A stretch of 64,000 nt of DNA from Candidatus Woesearchaeota archaeon (GTDB lineage Archaea > Nanobdellota > Nanobdellia > Woesearchaeales > JABIAG01): positions 634,586-698,585 of the forward strand of contig JABIAG010000001.1 of NCBI GenBank assembly GCA_018653365.1, written 5' to 3'. The first letter of the stretch is position 1. Every line of letters starts with the position of its first letter. Made by a program: the position numbers and the translations under genes. The notes beneath the pieces were generated by a model, which ran no database searches, had not been told where the DNA came from, and was given only the letters and a program-made list of their open reading frames with translations. Of this stretch, positions 54,724 to 63,681 are shown one piece after another.

Positions 54724-55703
54724 TTCCAAAGAAGTATTTTATGATGACCACGAGAAGATGTAATTGTGATTGTGATTACTGCTACGCTTCACCAGACAAT
54801 AGAGATATGTCTGAAGAGGTATTAACCACCAGCACTAGACAAATAATGAAAACAGTAGCTAAACCTTTGTTCATGTGGTACGGCGGAGAACCCATTCTAA
54901 GAGCTAGGGGGTTTTTTGAGAAAGCAATAGAACTTCAAGAAGGAAAAGCTAGAAACTTAATCCAAACAAACCTCACGTTAAACAAACCAGAACTACTAGA
55001 ATTTCTTTTAGAAAACTCGTTTACAATTAGCACAAGCATTGACGGGCCAAGAAGACTACATGACCTTAGAAGAAGATACTGCTCAGGAAACTCAAACTTT
55101 TCTGACATTGAAACTAATCGGGCATTATTACAAGAAAAAGGTTATACTCCTTGGGCAATATGTGTAGTATCAAAAACTAATGTTGCACATCCTGAAGAAA
55201 TCTTTGATTTCTTCTACGAAAAAGGTCTTAACATAAGATTCTGCCCAACAACAACCGCAGAAGTTAATCCCGTTGATTACATCAAGTTTATGCAACGCAT
55301 TCATAAAAAATGGCAACAAAAACCTGAGATCAAAATTTCTAATTTCTCTAAAGCGCGACAAACAGTTATTACTGGAACCCCGCAAGAATGTGACAATATG
55401 TCAAACTGTCTTGAAAACAATCTTTGCATTGATGTTGATGGACAAATTTATCCTTGCAATAGATTTGCAGGAAACCAAGAGTTCTCACTTGGAGAGGTAG
55501 AGAACGGAGTTTTAACTGCTTTAAATTCTAAAAAAGGAAGAGAACTAGCCGAACGCACAACAAACTGCGAACACAATTGCACTACCTGCCTAAACGGAGG
55601 ATGTATGTTTAATGCATTATCCCAACATGGAGATTGGAAAACTGTTGACGATTTTTGCATTGCGAACCAAGAACTGCTAAATATTGTGAGGCAAGATGAG
55701 TAA
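54711..55703 (+). CDS. radical SAM/SPASM-domain enzyme (anSME/peptide-maturase-like)
   Basis: RRCNCDCDYC, WYGGEPIL and the SPASM-type C-terminus CIDVDGQIYPCNRF...LGEV...CEHNCTTCLNGGC. Confidence 0.8.
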   Translation: MSLVVPKKYFMMTTRRCNCDCDYCYASPDNRDMSEEVLTTSTRQIMKTVAKPLFMWYGGEPILRARGFFEKAIELQEGKARNLIQTNLTLNKPELLEFLLENSFTISTSIDGPRRLHDLRRRYCSGNSNFSDIETNRALLQEKGYTPWAICVVSKTNVAHPEEIFDFFYEKGLNIRFCPTTTAEVNPVDYIKFMQRIHKKWQQKPEIKISNFSKARQTVITGTPQECDNMSNCLENNLCIDVDGQIYPCNRFAGNQEFSLGEVENGVLTALNSKKGRELAERTTNCEHNCTTCLNGGCMFNALSQHGDWKTVDDFCIANQELLNIVRQDE

Positions 55704-56484
55704 TTACCCAGTAATTAATAATGTGATGGGACATCTGGAAAGAGATGAATCTGCAGATTTCGGAGAACACAATCTTGAAAGTTGTAGCATATGTCGAGAG
55801 TTAAAGCATGAAAAAAATATTATTTGTGGATCAGAAAGGTTTGTAGCCTTCCCAGACATAGGACAAATCGTCGAAGGATATGTTCAGGTTGTAACAAGAT
55901 GGCACAAATTACAAGAAGAACTAACCTCCGTTGGACAGATCCCCTCAGAATGGATTCCTGAACTGCAAAAGTTTATTGTTGCAATGCAAGAAGGTGTAGA
56001 AAGCATTTATGGTCCCTCGATCATATTTGAACATGGCGAGGTCCCAACATATAGAAAAGATGGAAGGATAAGAACAGTTCACATGCACATGCATATCATT
56101 CCAACCAACCAGTCCCTACTAGACCAGATTACAAACAGCAACATATTTACAGTTAAACCAATCGATGATTTAACTCCTCTACGCGAAAAATCTGCTTCGG
56201 GTGAACCGTACTACTTTTATCAAGACCTAAACAGACAAAACTACTTACTTGAATTTGGAGAAGAATTACCATCTCAAATATTACGAAAGTTGGTGAGTGG
56301 ATTACCAAAGGTTACAGAAAGAAATCAACACTGGTTAAAAGAAAACCAATCAGAAGTTCAACTTAATAATTGTTGGGAATGTATGGCATTCAGACCCGCA
56401 GACAGATTTTATGCAACAGTAAGAAAATTAAGGCAAGAATATTTAAATAGGAATACTAACACAACTCAAGCAGAGGTGAAATAA
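55696..56484 (+). CDS. HIT-superfamily protein with C-terminal extension
   Basis: Histidine triad VHMHMHIIP. Upstream CSICRE...FVAFPDIGQIVEGYVQVV is typical of HIT/GalT-like folds. Confidence 0.7.
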   Translation: MSNYPVINNVMGHLERDESADFGEHNLESCSICRELKHEKNIICGSERFVAFPDIGQIVEGYVQVVTRWHKLQEELTSVGQIPSEWIPELQKFIVAMQEGVESIYGPSIIFEHGEVPTYRKDGRIRTVHMHMHIIPTNQSLLDQITNSNIFTVKPIDDLTPLREKSASGEPYYFYQDLNRQNYLLEFGEELPSQILRKLVSGLPKVTERNQHWLKENQSEVQLNNCWECMAFRPADRFYATVRKLRQEYLNRNTNTTQAEVK

Positions 56485-57018
56485 ATGATAACACACGAAG
56501 AAGCATTAGACTTACTAAAAAAACACGGAATTGAGGGGTTTGTACTAAAACACGTTCTCAGAGTAAACCAGATTGCAGTTTATTTAGCTAAAAAGCTAAA
56601 AGAAAAAGGAGAGAGTGTTAATGTTGAACTTACAGACATTGCAAGCTTGTTACATGACATTGGGAAAAAATTAGCAGACTCCACACCAATGAACCACATA
56701 GACGCGGGTGTAAAAATACTAAATGATGAAGGAATGAAAGAGATTGGTGAAGTAATCAAAAAACATTCAATTAATGCAATAGTTGAAGAAGACAAAATTC
56801 CAACTACATGGGAAGAAAAACTGATCTTCTATGCTGACAGACGAGTAATAGAGGACAAAATTGCAAGTCTTGATGAAAGAATCACAGATCTAAAAACTAG
56901 ATACCCAGATATTGAAAAGTTCTTAGGAGAAGCTGTTCCAAAAATTAAAAAGCTAGAAGAAACAATATTCAACATACTTGACATTTCAAAAGACCTAACA
57001 GAGTTAAAGAATGACTGA
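56485..57018 (+). CDS. HD-domain phosphohydrolase (HDIG-like)
   Basis: HVLRV...LLHDIGK...YADR. Its ATG directly abuts the upstream stop. Confidence 0.8.
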   Translation: MITHEEALDLLKKHGIEGFVLKHVLRVNQIAVYLAKKLKEKGESVNVELTDIASLLHDIGKKLADSTPMNHIDAGVKILNDEGMKEIGEVIKKHSINAIVEEDKIPTTWEEKLIFYADRRVIEDKIASLDERITDLKTRYPDIEKFLGEAVPKIKKLEETIFNILDISKDLTELKND

Positions 57019-57661
57019 CAGAACAGAATTACTAAAAGAATATGTAGCAGAAATACAAACAAAAGAAAGAGTTTGTGCGGCACACTCTTTTGATCACACC
57101 TTAAGAGTTCTTGAAAACATAAAACAAATGTTAAAATATTCTGACGTAGACCCAGAACAAGCACTTGCAAGTGCTCTGTTACATGACATAATCAGACCAC
57201 CATATAGGGAAAAAGGGGGGAAAGAACACGCAGAACTAAGTGCAAAAGAAGCCAGAAAAGTATTACCTAAATTCGGATTTGACCAAGAAAGCACAAATGC
57301 AATAACACAAGCAATACGCGAACACAGCGCAACCAAGGACGTTAACAGGGGAGAATTATCCCAACTACTCTTTGAAGCAGATAAACTAGACACCTTTGGG
57401 AAAACCGGACTCGAAAGATGGATGTGTTTAGGCAAAGGAGATGGACTATCTCAACAAGAAATTTTAGAAGGAATATTAAAAATACAACTCAAACTATTAG
57501 TATTTAACACATTTAAAAACAAATATGCAAAAGAGGAACTCAAAAAAAGAAAGAAAATGCTATTTGATCACATAAAAAAAGAAATTGGAGAAGGCAAATT
57601 TGAACATATAGTAAACAACTTTGACTCAAATTACGACCCATACGCACACCTAATCAAATGA
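57011..57661 (+). CDS. HD-domain phosphohydrolase
   Basis: HSFDHTLRV...ALLHDI...EADKLD. 8-nt overlap with the upstream gene. Confidence 0.75.
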   Translation: MTDRTELLKEYVAEIQTKERVCAAHSFDHTLRVLENIKQMLKYSDVDPEQALASALLHDIIRPPYREKGGKEHAELSAKEARKVLPKFGFDQESTNAITQAIREHSATKDVNRGELSQLLFEADKLDTFGKTGLERWMCLGKGDGLSQQEILEGILKIQLKLLVFNTFKNKYAKEELKKRKKMLFDHIKKEIGEGKFEHIVNNFDSNYDPYAHLIK

Positions 57662-58050
57662 AACAAAAAATATCTGTAGGAGGAATGCTAGTTAAAGATG
57701 GAAAGGTATTAGTTGTAAGAAGAAGTAGTGTTGAAGAGGTGTTATCTGGCTATTACGAATTACCTGGAGGCAAGGTCGAATTTGGCGATCATCCAGAAGA
57801 GACCGTTGTTAGGGAGTTTAAAGAAGAAACCGGATTGGATGTTTCAGTAATTAAGTTGTTTAAAGTGTTTACTTATGTCATTGGTGAGAATCACACTGTT
57901 GAACTAGTTTACATTGTTTCTGGAGAGGGAGAGGTTGTTCTGAGTGAAGAACATGATGATTACAAATGGGTTAGTGATGTAAATGATTTACAAATGACTG
58001 AAAAAATGAAAAAAAATATTAAAGAAGGGCTAAATCTTCAAATTATTTAG
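57658..58050 (+). CDS. NUDIX hydrolase (MutT-like)
   Basis: Nudix box [28 protein letters not shown] overlap with the upstream gene. Confidence 0.85.
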   Translation: MKQKISVGGMLVKDGKVLVVRRSSVEEVLSGYYELPGGKVEFGDHPEETVVREFKEETGLDVSVIKLFKVFTYVIGENHTVELVYIVSGEGEVVLSEEHDDYKWVSDVNDLQMTEKMKKNIKEGLNLQII

Positions 58051-59242
58051 GACCCAACTTCAACCTCAAAGCATTTAGTTTAATGAAACCCTTAGCATCA
58101 GTCTGGTCATAACCACCCAACTTGTCCATACTTGCAATATTTTCATTATACAAAGACTTATCAGACTCTCTGCTTGTAACAAAAGCGTTCCCTTTGTATA
58201 ACGTTAGGTACACCTTACCATCAACATTAATCTGGCTCTGGTTAACAGCAGACATGAGAAAATCCATCTCAGGACTGAACCAAAAACCGTTATATATAAG
58301 TTCAGCAATCTTAGGCATTAACATATCCTTCAAATGACAGACTTCTCTATCCAATACCAACCCCTCAATGTCTTTGTGAGCTATAAGTAGAATAGTTCCA
58401 GCAGGAGTTTCATAAACCCCACGAGATTTCATCCCAACAAACCTATTTTCTACTAAATCTATTCTTCCAATTCCATTCTCAGAACCAAGCTTGTTAAGAT
58501 ACTGAAAAAGTTCCAAAGAACCAGTAACAGTGTTGTTCTCATGAGTAACACTAACAGGAATTCCCTCTTTAAACTCTATCATAATCTTAGTCTCCTTATC
58601 AGGAGCGTTTAATGGAGAGGTAGTTTTCTTAAACATATCCTCTTTAGGCTCATACTTTGGGTCTTCTAACTTTCCAGCCTCATAACTAATATGCATAAGA
58701 TTATCATCCATGCTATATGGCTTCTCAGCAGTAGACTCTATAGGAATCTTGTGTTTGTGTGCATAATTAATCAGATCAGTTCTTCCCTTGAACTTAGCTA
58801 GAAATTCAGGATCTTTCCAGGGACTAATTATTTCAGCATCAGGAACAAACTTCATAATAGTTAACTCAAATCTAACCTGATCATTCCCCTTACCAGTAGC
58901 ACCATGAGCAAAAATATTAGTAGATTCTTTCTCTGCTATCTCTATATGCTTCTTTGCTATAATTGGTCTAGCCAGAGAGGTACCTAAAAGGTACTTGCCT
59001 TCATAAACTGAGTTGGCTTTCAGGGCCTGAAAAATATATTCTTGAACAAACTCCTCTTTCAAATCTTCGATGTAAACTTTAGAAGCACCAAGTAAAAGTG
59101 CTTTCTCTTTAGCCTTATCAAAATCCTCTTCTTGACCCACATCAGCCACATAACAAACAACTTCATATCCTTTATTGATTAACCAATGCAAAATAATTGA
59201 GGTATCCAAACCACCAGAATATGCCAATATTACTTTTTTCAT
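58043..59242 (-). CDS. argG: argininosuccinate synthase
   Basis: [23 protein letters not shown], size 399 aa. Confidence 0.9.
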   Translation of the reverse strand: MKKVILAYSGGLDTSIILHWLINKGYEVVCYVADVGQEEDFDKAKEKALLLGASKVYIEDLKEEFVQEYIFQALKANSVYEGKYLLGTSLARPIIAKKHIEIAEKESTNIFAHGATGKGNDQVRFELTIMKFVPDAEIISPWKDPEFLAKFKGRTDLINYAHKHKIPIESTAEKPYSMDDNLMHISYEAGKLEDPKYEPKEDMFKKTTSPLNAPDKETKIMIEFKEGIPVSVTHENNTVTGSLELFQYLNKLGSENGIGRIDLVENRFVGMKSRGVYETPAGTILLIAHKDIEGLVLDREVCHLKDMLMPKIAELIYNGFWFSPEMDFLMSAVNQSQINVDGKVYLTLYKGNAFVTSRESDKSLYNENIASMDKLGGYDQTDAKGFIKLNALRLKLGPK

Positions 59243-60429
59243 TTTATCCCTCCAAACTTTAATCCAATCTTTTTGTATGATTCTCTAAACGGCATGCCCT
59301 GTTTTACTAGTTCATAAGTTTCTTGCGTTGCATACATTTCATCTGTTATTGCCTTTTCACAATTACTTTTGTTTATTTTCAGGTTAGGTACTACCGACGC
59401 AATAATTACCAAACACTCTTTAACCAACTCAAAAGATTTCATCAACGGTTCTTTTGTCAACTGAGTATCTCGATTATAACCAAAAATAAGATTCCCAATC
59501 AAACTCTTAATCTTAAATTCTTCACCTAAAACAACATGATACTTTGCTCTTATTAATTCAACCACGTCCAAATTATTCTTTTGGGGCATTATAGAACTAC
59601 CAGTACAAAACTCAGGAGACAATTCAATATAACCAAACTCTTTCATACCAAATAACATTAAATCTGTTGTGAATTTATTCAGATCAAACATAATTGCAGA
59701 AATAACATTCAAAATCTGAGCTTCAAATTTACCCCTGCTCAACTGACAATAAATTGGGTTCTCCATCACCTTAGAAAAATTCAATTCTGCAGCAGTCATG
59801 CTTTTATCAATCTTAAATACAGGAACACCGAACCCAGCAGCACTCCCAAGAGGATTTTGATCTATCAATTTAGTGATGGCATCAAGCAGGATCAAGTTAT
59901 CATTCATTGAATCTTTGTAGCTTACAAGCCAGGTTTTAACATTAGTAGGCATTGCCTTCTGCATATGCGTATACCCCGGCAAACCAATATCTCCATTTGA
60001 CTTAATGGCAGTATCAATTACCTCTGTGAATTTTTTAACTAAGTCGATAATATTCTTTAATTCCTCCTTCTCATACAAACGCAAGGCGGTTAAAACCTGA
60101 TCATTTCTTGATCTTGCAGTGTGAATCTTTTTTCCAGTATCGCCATATTTTTTAATCAAATAATTTTCAATAGCAGTATGACAATCCTCATCTTCCTGTT
60201 TTATCTCAAACTGACCTTTTGCATCAAGAATTAGAATGTTATTTAATCCTTTAACCAAATCCTGCAACTCCGTTTCAGAAAGTATATTGATACTCTTTAA
60301 CATTTTTGCGTGAGCTATGGACGCCAGACAATCAAACTTGACCAAATTTTTATCTAACAGATAATCATTACCTACTGTAAACTTTTCAACTTCCTTTTTC
60401 AGACCAATTCCCTTATCCCATAACTTCAT
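59239..60429 (-). CDS. argH: argininosuccinate lyase (short form, 396 aa)
   Basis: [20 protein letters not shown], signature [12 protein letters not shown]. 4-nt overlap with argG. Confidence 0.85.
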   Translation of the reverse strand: MKLWDKGIGLKKEVEKFTVGNDYLLDKNLVKFDCLASIAHAKMLKSINILSETELQDLVKGLNNILILDAKGQFEIKQEDEDCHTAIENYLIKKYGDTGKKIHTARSRNDQVLTALRLYEKEELKNIIDLVKKFTEVIDTAIKSNGDIGLPGYTHMQKAMPTNVKTWLVSYKDSMNDNLILLDAITKLIDQNPLGSAAGFGVPVFKIDKSMTAAELNFSKVMENPIYCQLSRGKFEAQILNVISAIMFDLNKFTTDLMLFGMKEFGYIELSPEFCTGSSIMPQKNNLDVVELIRAKYHVVLGEEFKIKSLIGNLIFGYNRDTQLTKEPLMKSFELVKECLVIIASVVPNLKINKSNCEKAITDEMYATQETYELVKQGMPFRESYKKIGLKFGGIK

Positions 60430-60551
60430 AGTTAAATAATATTTTAAACAAAGATTTATAATTAACGACTGAAATGAAACTTGAATGAACAGAAGTGTTC
60501 TATTTAGAACACTTTAGTAAAGTTTATAAATATGAAAGGTTTCCTCCTTAC

Positions 60552-61142
60552 ATGAAATCAACAGCAGAACAAACAACAGACTACATCAAAGAACACCCAC
60601 ACATAAAATCGTGTTTGAAAAAAGGCCTGATAAACTATTCAGCACTGGCTCGTTTAATATCAAAAGAATTGAATATTGATAAGAAAACATCCAAAGAGGC
60701 TATTCTTATTGCAGCAAGAAGGTTTCAACAAAAGATTAAAAAAGAGTTTGGATATGATCGCGATATCAAAAAGTTACTATCTACCTCTGAAATAGAGGTA
60801 AAGAATAAAATCAATGTTTATGTTGTTGACAAAAACGTAAAAGTAGATGCAATAACACTAGAAGGATCAGAAAATAATACAGTGATAGTATCAGACAAGA
60901 ATAAGTGTTTAATTGAGAAAAAATTCAAGAATAGCATAATTAAGAAGCATACAGACCTAGTCTTAATAATAATCAAATCCTCAAAAGACATTGAGAGCAT
61001 TCCAGGAGTAGTAGCATACATAACCTCACTATTCTCAGAAAACGGAGTTAATATCGTGGAATTTTTATCTTGTTGGACAGATACGTTGTTTGTAATTGAA
61101 GCTAAAGATTTGCACAAAGCCATAGAATTCTTAAAGTTTTAA
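60552..61142 (+). CDS. HTH plus ACT-domain protein (predicted amino-acid-responsive regulator), paralog 2
   Basis: ACT-like C-terminus IPGVVAYITSLFSENGVNIVEFLSCWTDTLFVIEAKD. I use the ATG at 60552 because TATA AAGTTTATAAATA lies inside the track's longer ORF. Divergent from argH. Confidence 0.6.
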   Translation: MKSTAEQTTDYIKEHPHIKSCLKKGLINYSALARLISKELNIDKKTSKEAILIAARRFQQKIKKEFGYDRDIKKLLSTSEIEVKNKINVYVVDKNVKVDAITLEGSENNTVIVSDKNKCLIEKKFKNSIIKKHTDLVLIIIKSSKDIESIPGVVAYITSLFSENGVNIVEFLSCWTDTLFVIEAKDLHKAIEFLKF

Positions 61143-61208
61143 GATGAAATTATTCTAAAACACAATATTCAAGAATCTTTATAAAAAAATAAACAATTCT
61201 ACCCACGT

Positions 61209-61772
61209 ATGACCTATGATCCCACAAGAGATAGAGCTCTTCTCTGGAGAAATCAAGATAGGCAACACTCTCCTGGAGCTGAAGAAGCATTCAGCGCAGT
61301 TCAAGATTATATCCGGGAAAAAATGGAAGAACTTGGAATAACAGCAAACCAACTTGCAAACCACATTCATAGAAAAATGGAACTTGCTCCTTCATCTTGC
61401 TACCAAAAAATCACTGCAGCAATGCGTGGCAACATCTGCCCTTCCCCAAATGCGGGGTATAAAACAATTTCAACCATACTTAACAGAACATCCATCCTTC
61501 TTTATGCACTTCAATTAGAGGAAACTGATCCTTTAGTGAGACAGATGAAAGAAGCTTGGCCAAATTTTGAATTTCCTCCTCTTTCAGGTAAAAAAAGATT
61601 TAGTCGAACAACAAGCCTCCCAACTAAACCCCAAAAAAGTCTCGCCGAAGAAGAAACTGACAAAATAGCTGGGAAAATCTTACGTCTCACATACCGCGAC
61701 AGAAGAGTTGTAAACAGTTTAGTTAATTCCATGCTCCGACCAGATAATCAACCTTCAACACAGCAGTATTAG
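61209..61772 (+). CDS. hypothetical protein with possible XRE-like HTH; GC-richer
   Basis: MEELGITANQLANHI resembles an HTH. Nothing else recognised. Confidence 0.45.
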   Translation: MTYDPTRDRALLWRNQDRQHSPGAEEAFSAVQDYIREKMEELGITANQLANHIHRKMELAPSSCYQKITAAMRGNICPSPNAGYKTISTILNRTSILLYALQLEETDPLVRQMKEAWPNFEFPPLSGKKRFSRTTSLPTKPQKSLAEEETDKIAGKILRLTYRDRRVVNSLVNSMLRPDNQPSTQQY

Positions 61773-61789
61773 AAAAGTATCAGAAGTTC

Positions 61790-62500
61790 TCATAATTTAA
61801 ACAAGAAATTATTCTTAGACCAAAACCATAACACAGGATGCATTTGAATAGGGGTAATGTTTGATCCTTTAAGTGCCTCTCTCCATATGTTAGATATTTG
61901 TTCTTTAGATTCGTTTCCTTTTATTACACCTAACTTAATAGAACACTTAGTGATATGAGTATCAGGAGCTATTTCTATTAAGTTAGAGTTATTCATATTT
62001 AAGTTACAGTATTGGTTTAATATAAAACACCAGTAATTGAAAATCTTAGGTCCACTTAGGTAGGGAAAACCTTTCTTGTGTTTTATTTGTAATAATTGTT
62101 TTAGAGTCAAATAATCTGGATTTTTTAAAAGATTAGAAAGAGTAGAGAAATTAGTTGTTATGGTTTGTGCTATAGTCTTCCAGTTATGAGTGTGTTTGTT
62201 AGGTTGTAATGCTAGTTTATGTTTAGATAGTAATTGTTGTAATTGGTTAGTATCCATGTTGGAAACTTCTTTAAGATTGAATACTATGTTAGTAGTTGGA
62301 TCATTGTACGTAGCTAAAGCAGCTTTCCATAAAGCGTAACTATCCCTTTGGTAGTTTAAAGACATAGGAAGAGTGAAGTAGATTAGTTTAGACTCTTGGT
62401 CTTTGAATACTGGATGAGAATCTTCGGGCATGATTGTTTGACCTAGACTGCCATCTTTGTAGGCTTGTAGAAGGGTTTGGCAGGATTGGATTAATGACAT
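61790..62500 (-). CDS. HhH-GPD superfamily DNA glycosylase-like protein (AGOG-like layout)
   Basis: FPYLSGPKIFNYWCFIL (HhH-like), IAPDTHITKCSIKLGVI (compare vDtHv.Rv..rlG) and C-terminal TPIQMHPVLWFW resemble my recollection of archaeal AGOG/EndoIII-type glycosylases. No Fe-S Cys cluster. Confidence 0.45.
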   Translation of the reverse strand: MSLIQSCQTLLQAYKDGSLGQTIMPEDSHPVFKDQESKLIYFTLPMSLNYQRDSYALWKAALATYNDPTTNIVFNLKEVSNMDTNQLQQLLSKHKLALQPNKHTHNWKTIAQTITTNFSTLSNLLKNPDYLTLKQLLQIKHKKGFPYLSGPKIFNYWCFILNQYCNLNMNNSNLIEIAPDTHITKCSIKLGVIKGNESKEQISNIWREALKGSNITPIQMHPVLWFWSKNNFLFKL

Positions 62501-62634
62501 TGTTATAAGCAGATGGATTAGATATATAAACCTACTGTCAATTGCTCTTTGTTTAATTTATTAACCTGAATGTAATTAAGGGCGGATTTAATTAAATAGA
62601 AATGTTTTTAAGGAGATTTAGTTTTTATTGACAT

Positions 62635-63675
62635 ATGAAAGACATAATTGCGGTGGATCTATTCTGTGGAGCAGGAGGATTAACCCGCGGCCTTTTAGAT
62701 GCTAAAATCAAAGTAACAAAAGGATTTGACAATAATGAAAACTTTAAAGAGACCTATGAAAAGAATAATCCTGGCACCGTTTTTAGTTCAAAGGACATAT
62801 GTGATTTAACAGGTAGTGAAGTCTTAAAAGATCTTGATTTAAAAAACAATTATCTTCTTCTGGCGGGGTGTGCACCATGCCAACCGTTTTCAAACATTAA
62901 TAAAAAAGAAGTTACAAAAGATAACAGAAAATTCCTATTACTTGAATTTGGAAGATTGGTTGAAGAAACCAAACCCGACTTTATTTTTATTGAAAATGTT
63001 CCTGGACTAGCAACAGGTAAAGGTAGAATAATATTTGAAACATTTAAGAAAAAACTTAAAAAAATGAAGTATCATTTTGATTATAACGTTGTTGATGCTA
63101 AAAGTTATGGCGTTCCACAAAAACGAATGCGTTTAATCCTTTTAGCTTCGGCACATACCCCCATAAAGTTCCCAAAACCCACGCATGGGAAAGAAAAATC
63201 GTTAAGTTCTTATGTCACAGTACGAGATGCGATTTCTTCCTACCCTGCAATAAAAGCAGGAGCTAAGCACAAAACAATATTTAATCATAACACCCGAAGT
63301 TTATCCACCATCAATAAAACCAGGTTAGAACATATTAAAAAGAATGGAGGTTCAAGATTTGACCTGCCAGACGATTTAGTGTTGGATTGCCATAAGAAAC
63401 ATAATGGACATTCTGATGTTTACGGAAGAATGTGGTGGGATAAAGCATCACCAACACTAACTTGCAAATGTACGAGTATCTCAAATGGAAGATTTGCTCA
63501 TCCCACTCAGAAAAGAGGAATTAGTGTAAGAGAAGCTGCTGCTCTTCAAACATTTGATGACAATTATCGATTTTATGGTACCCTAACAAACAACACAATA
63601 ATGGTGGGAAATGCCGTTCCGCCTCTCTTAGCAAAGAAAATTGGGATAGTATTTTTAAATAAAGACTCATTCTAA
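62635..63675 (+). CDS. dcm: DNA (cytosine-5)-methyltransferase
   Basis: Motif I DLFCGAGG, IV PCQPFS, VI ENVPG, VIII QKRMRL, IX REAAALQTF, X GNAVPP. Confidence 0.9.
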   Translation: MKDIIAVDLFCGAGGLTRGLLDAKIKVTKGFDNNENFKETYEKNNPGTVFSSKDICDLTGSEVLKDLDLKNNYLLLAGCAPCQPFSNINKKEVTKDNRKFLLLEFGRLVEETKPDFIFIENVPGLATGKGRIIFETFKKKLKKMKYHFDYNVVDAKSYGVPQKRMRLILLASAHTPIKFPKPTHGKEKSLSSYVTVRDAISSYPAIKAGAKHKTIFNHNTRSLSTINKTRLEHIKKNGGSRFDLPDDLVLDCHKKHNGHSDVYGRMWWDKASPTLTCKCTSISNGRFAHPTQKRGISVREAAALQTFDDNYRFYGTLTNNTIMVGNAVPPLLAKKIGIVFLNKDSF

Positions 63676-63681
63676 ATCCAA

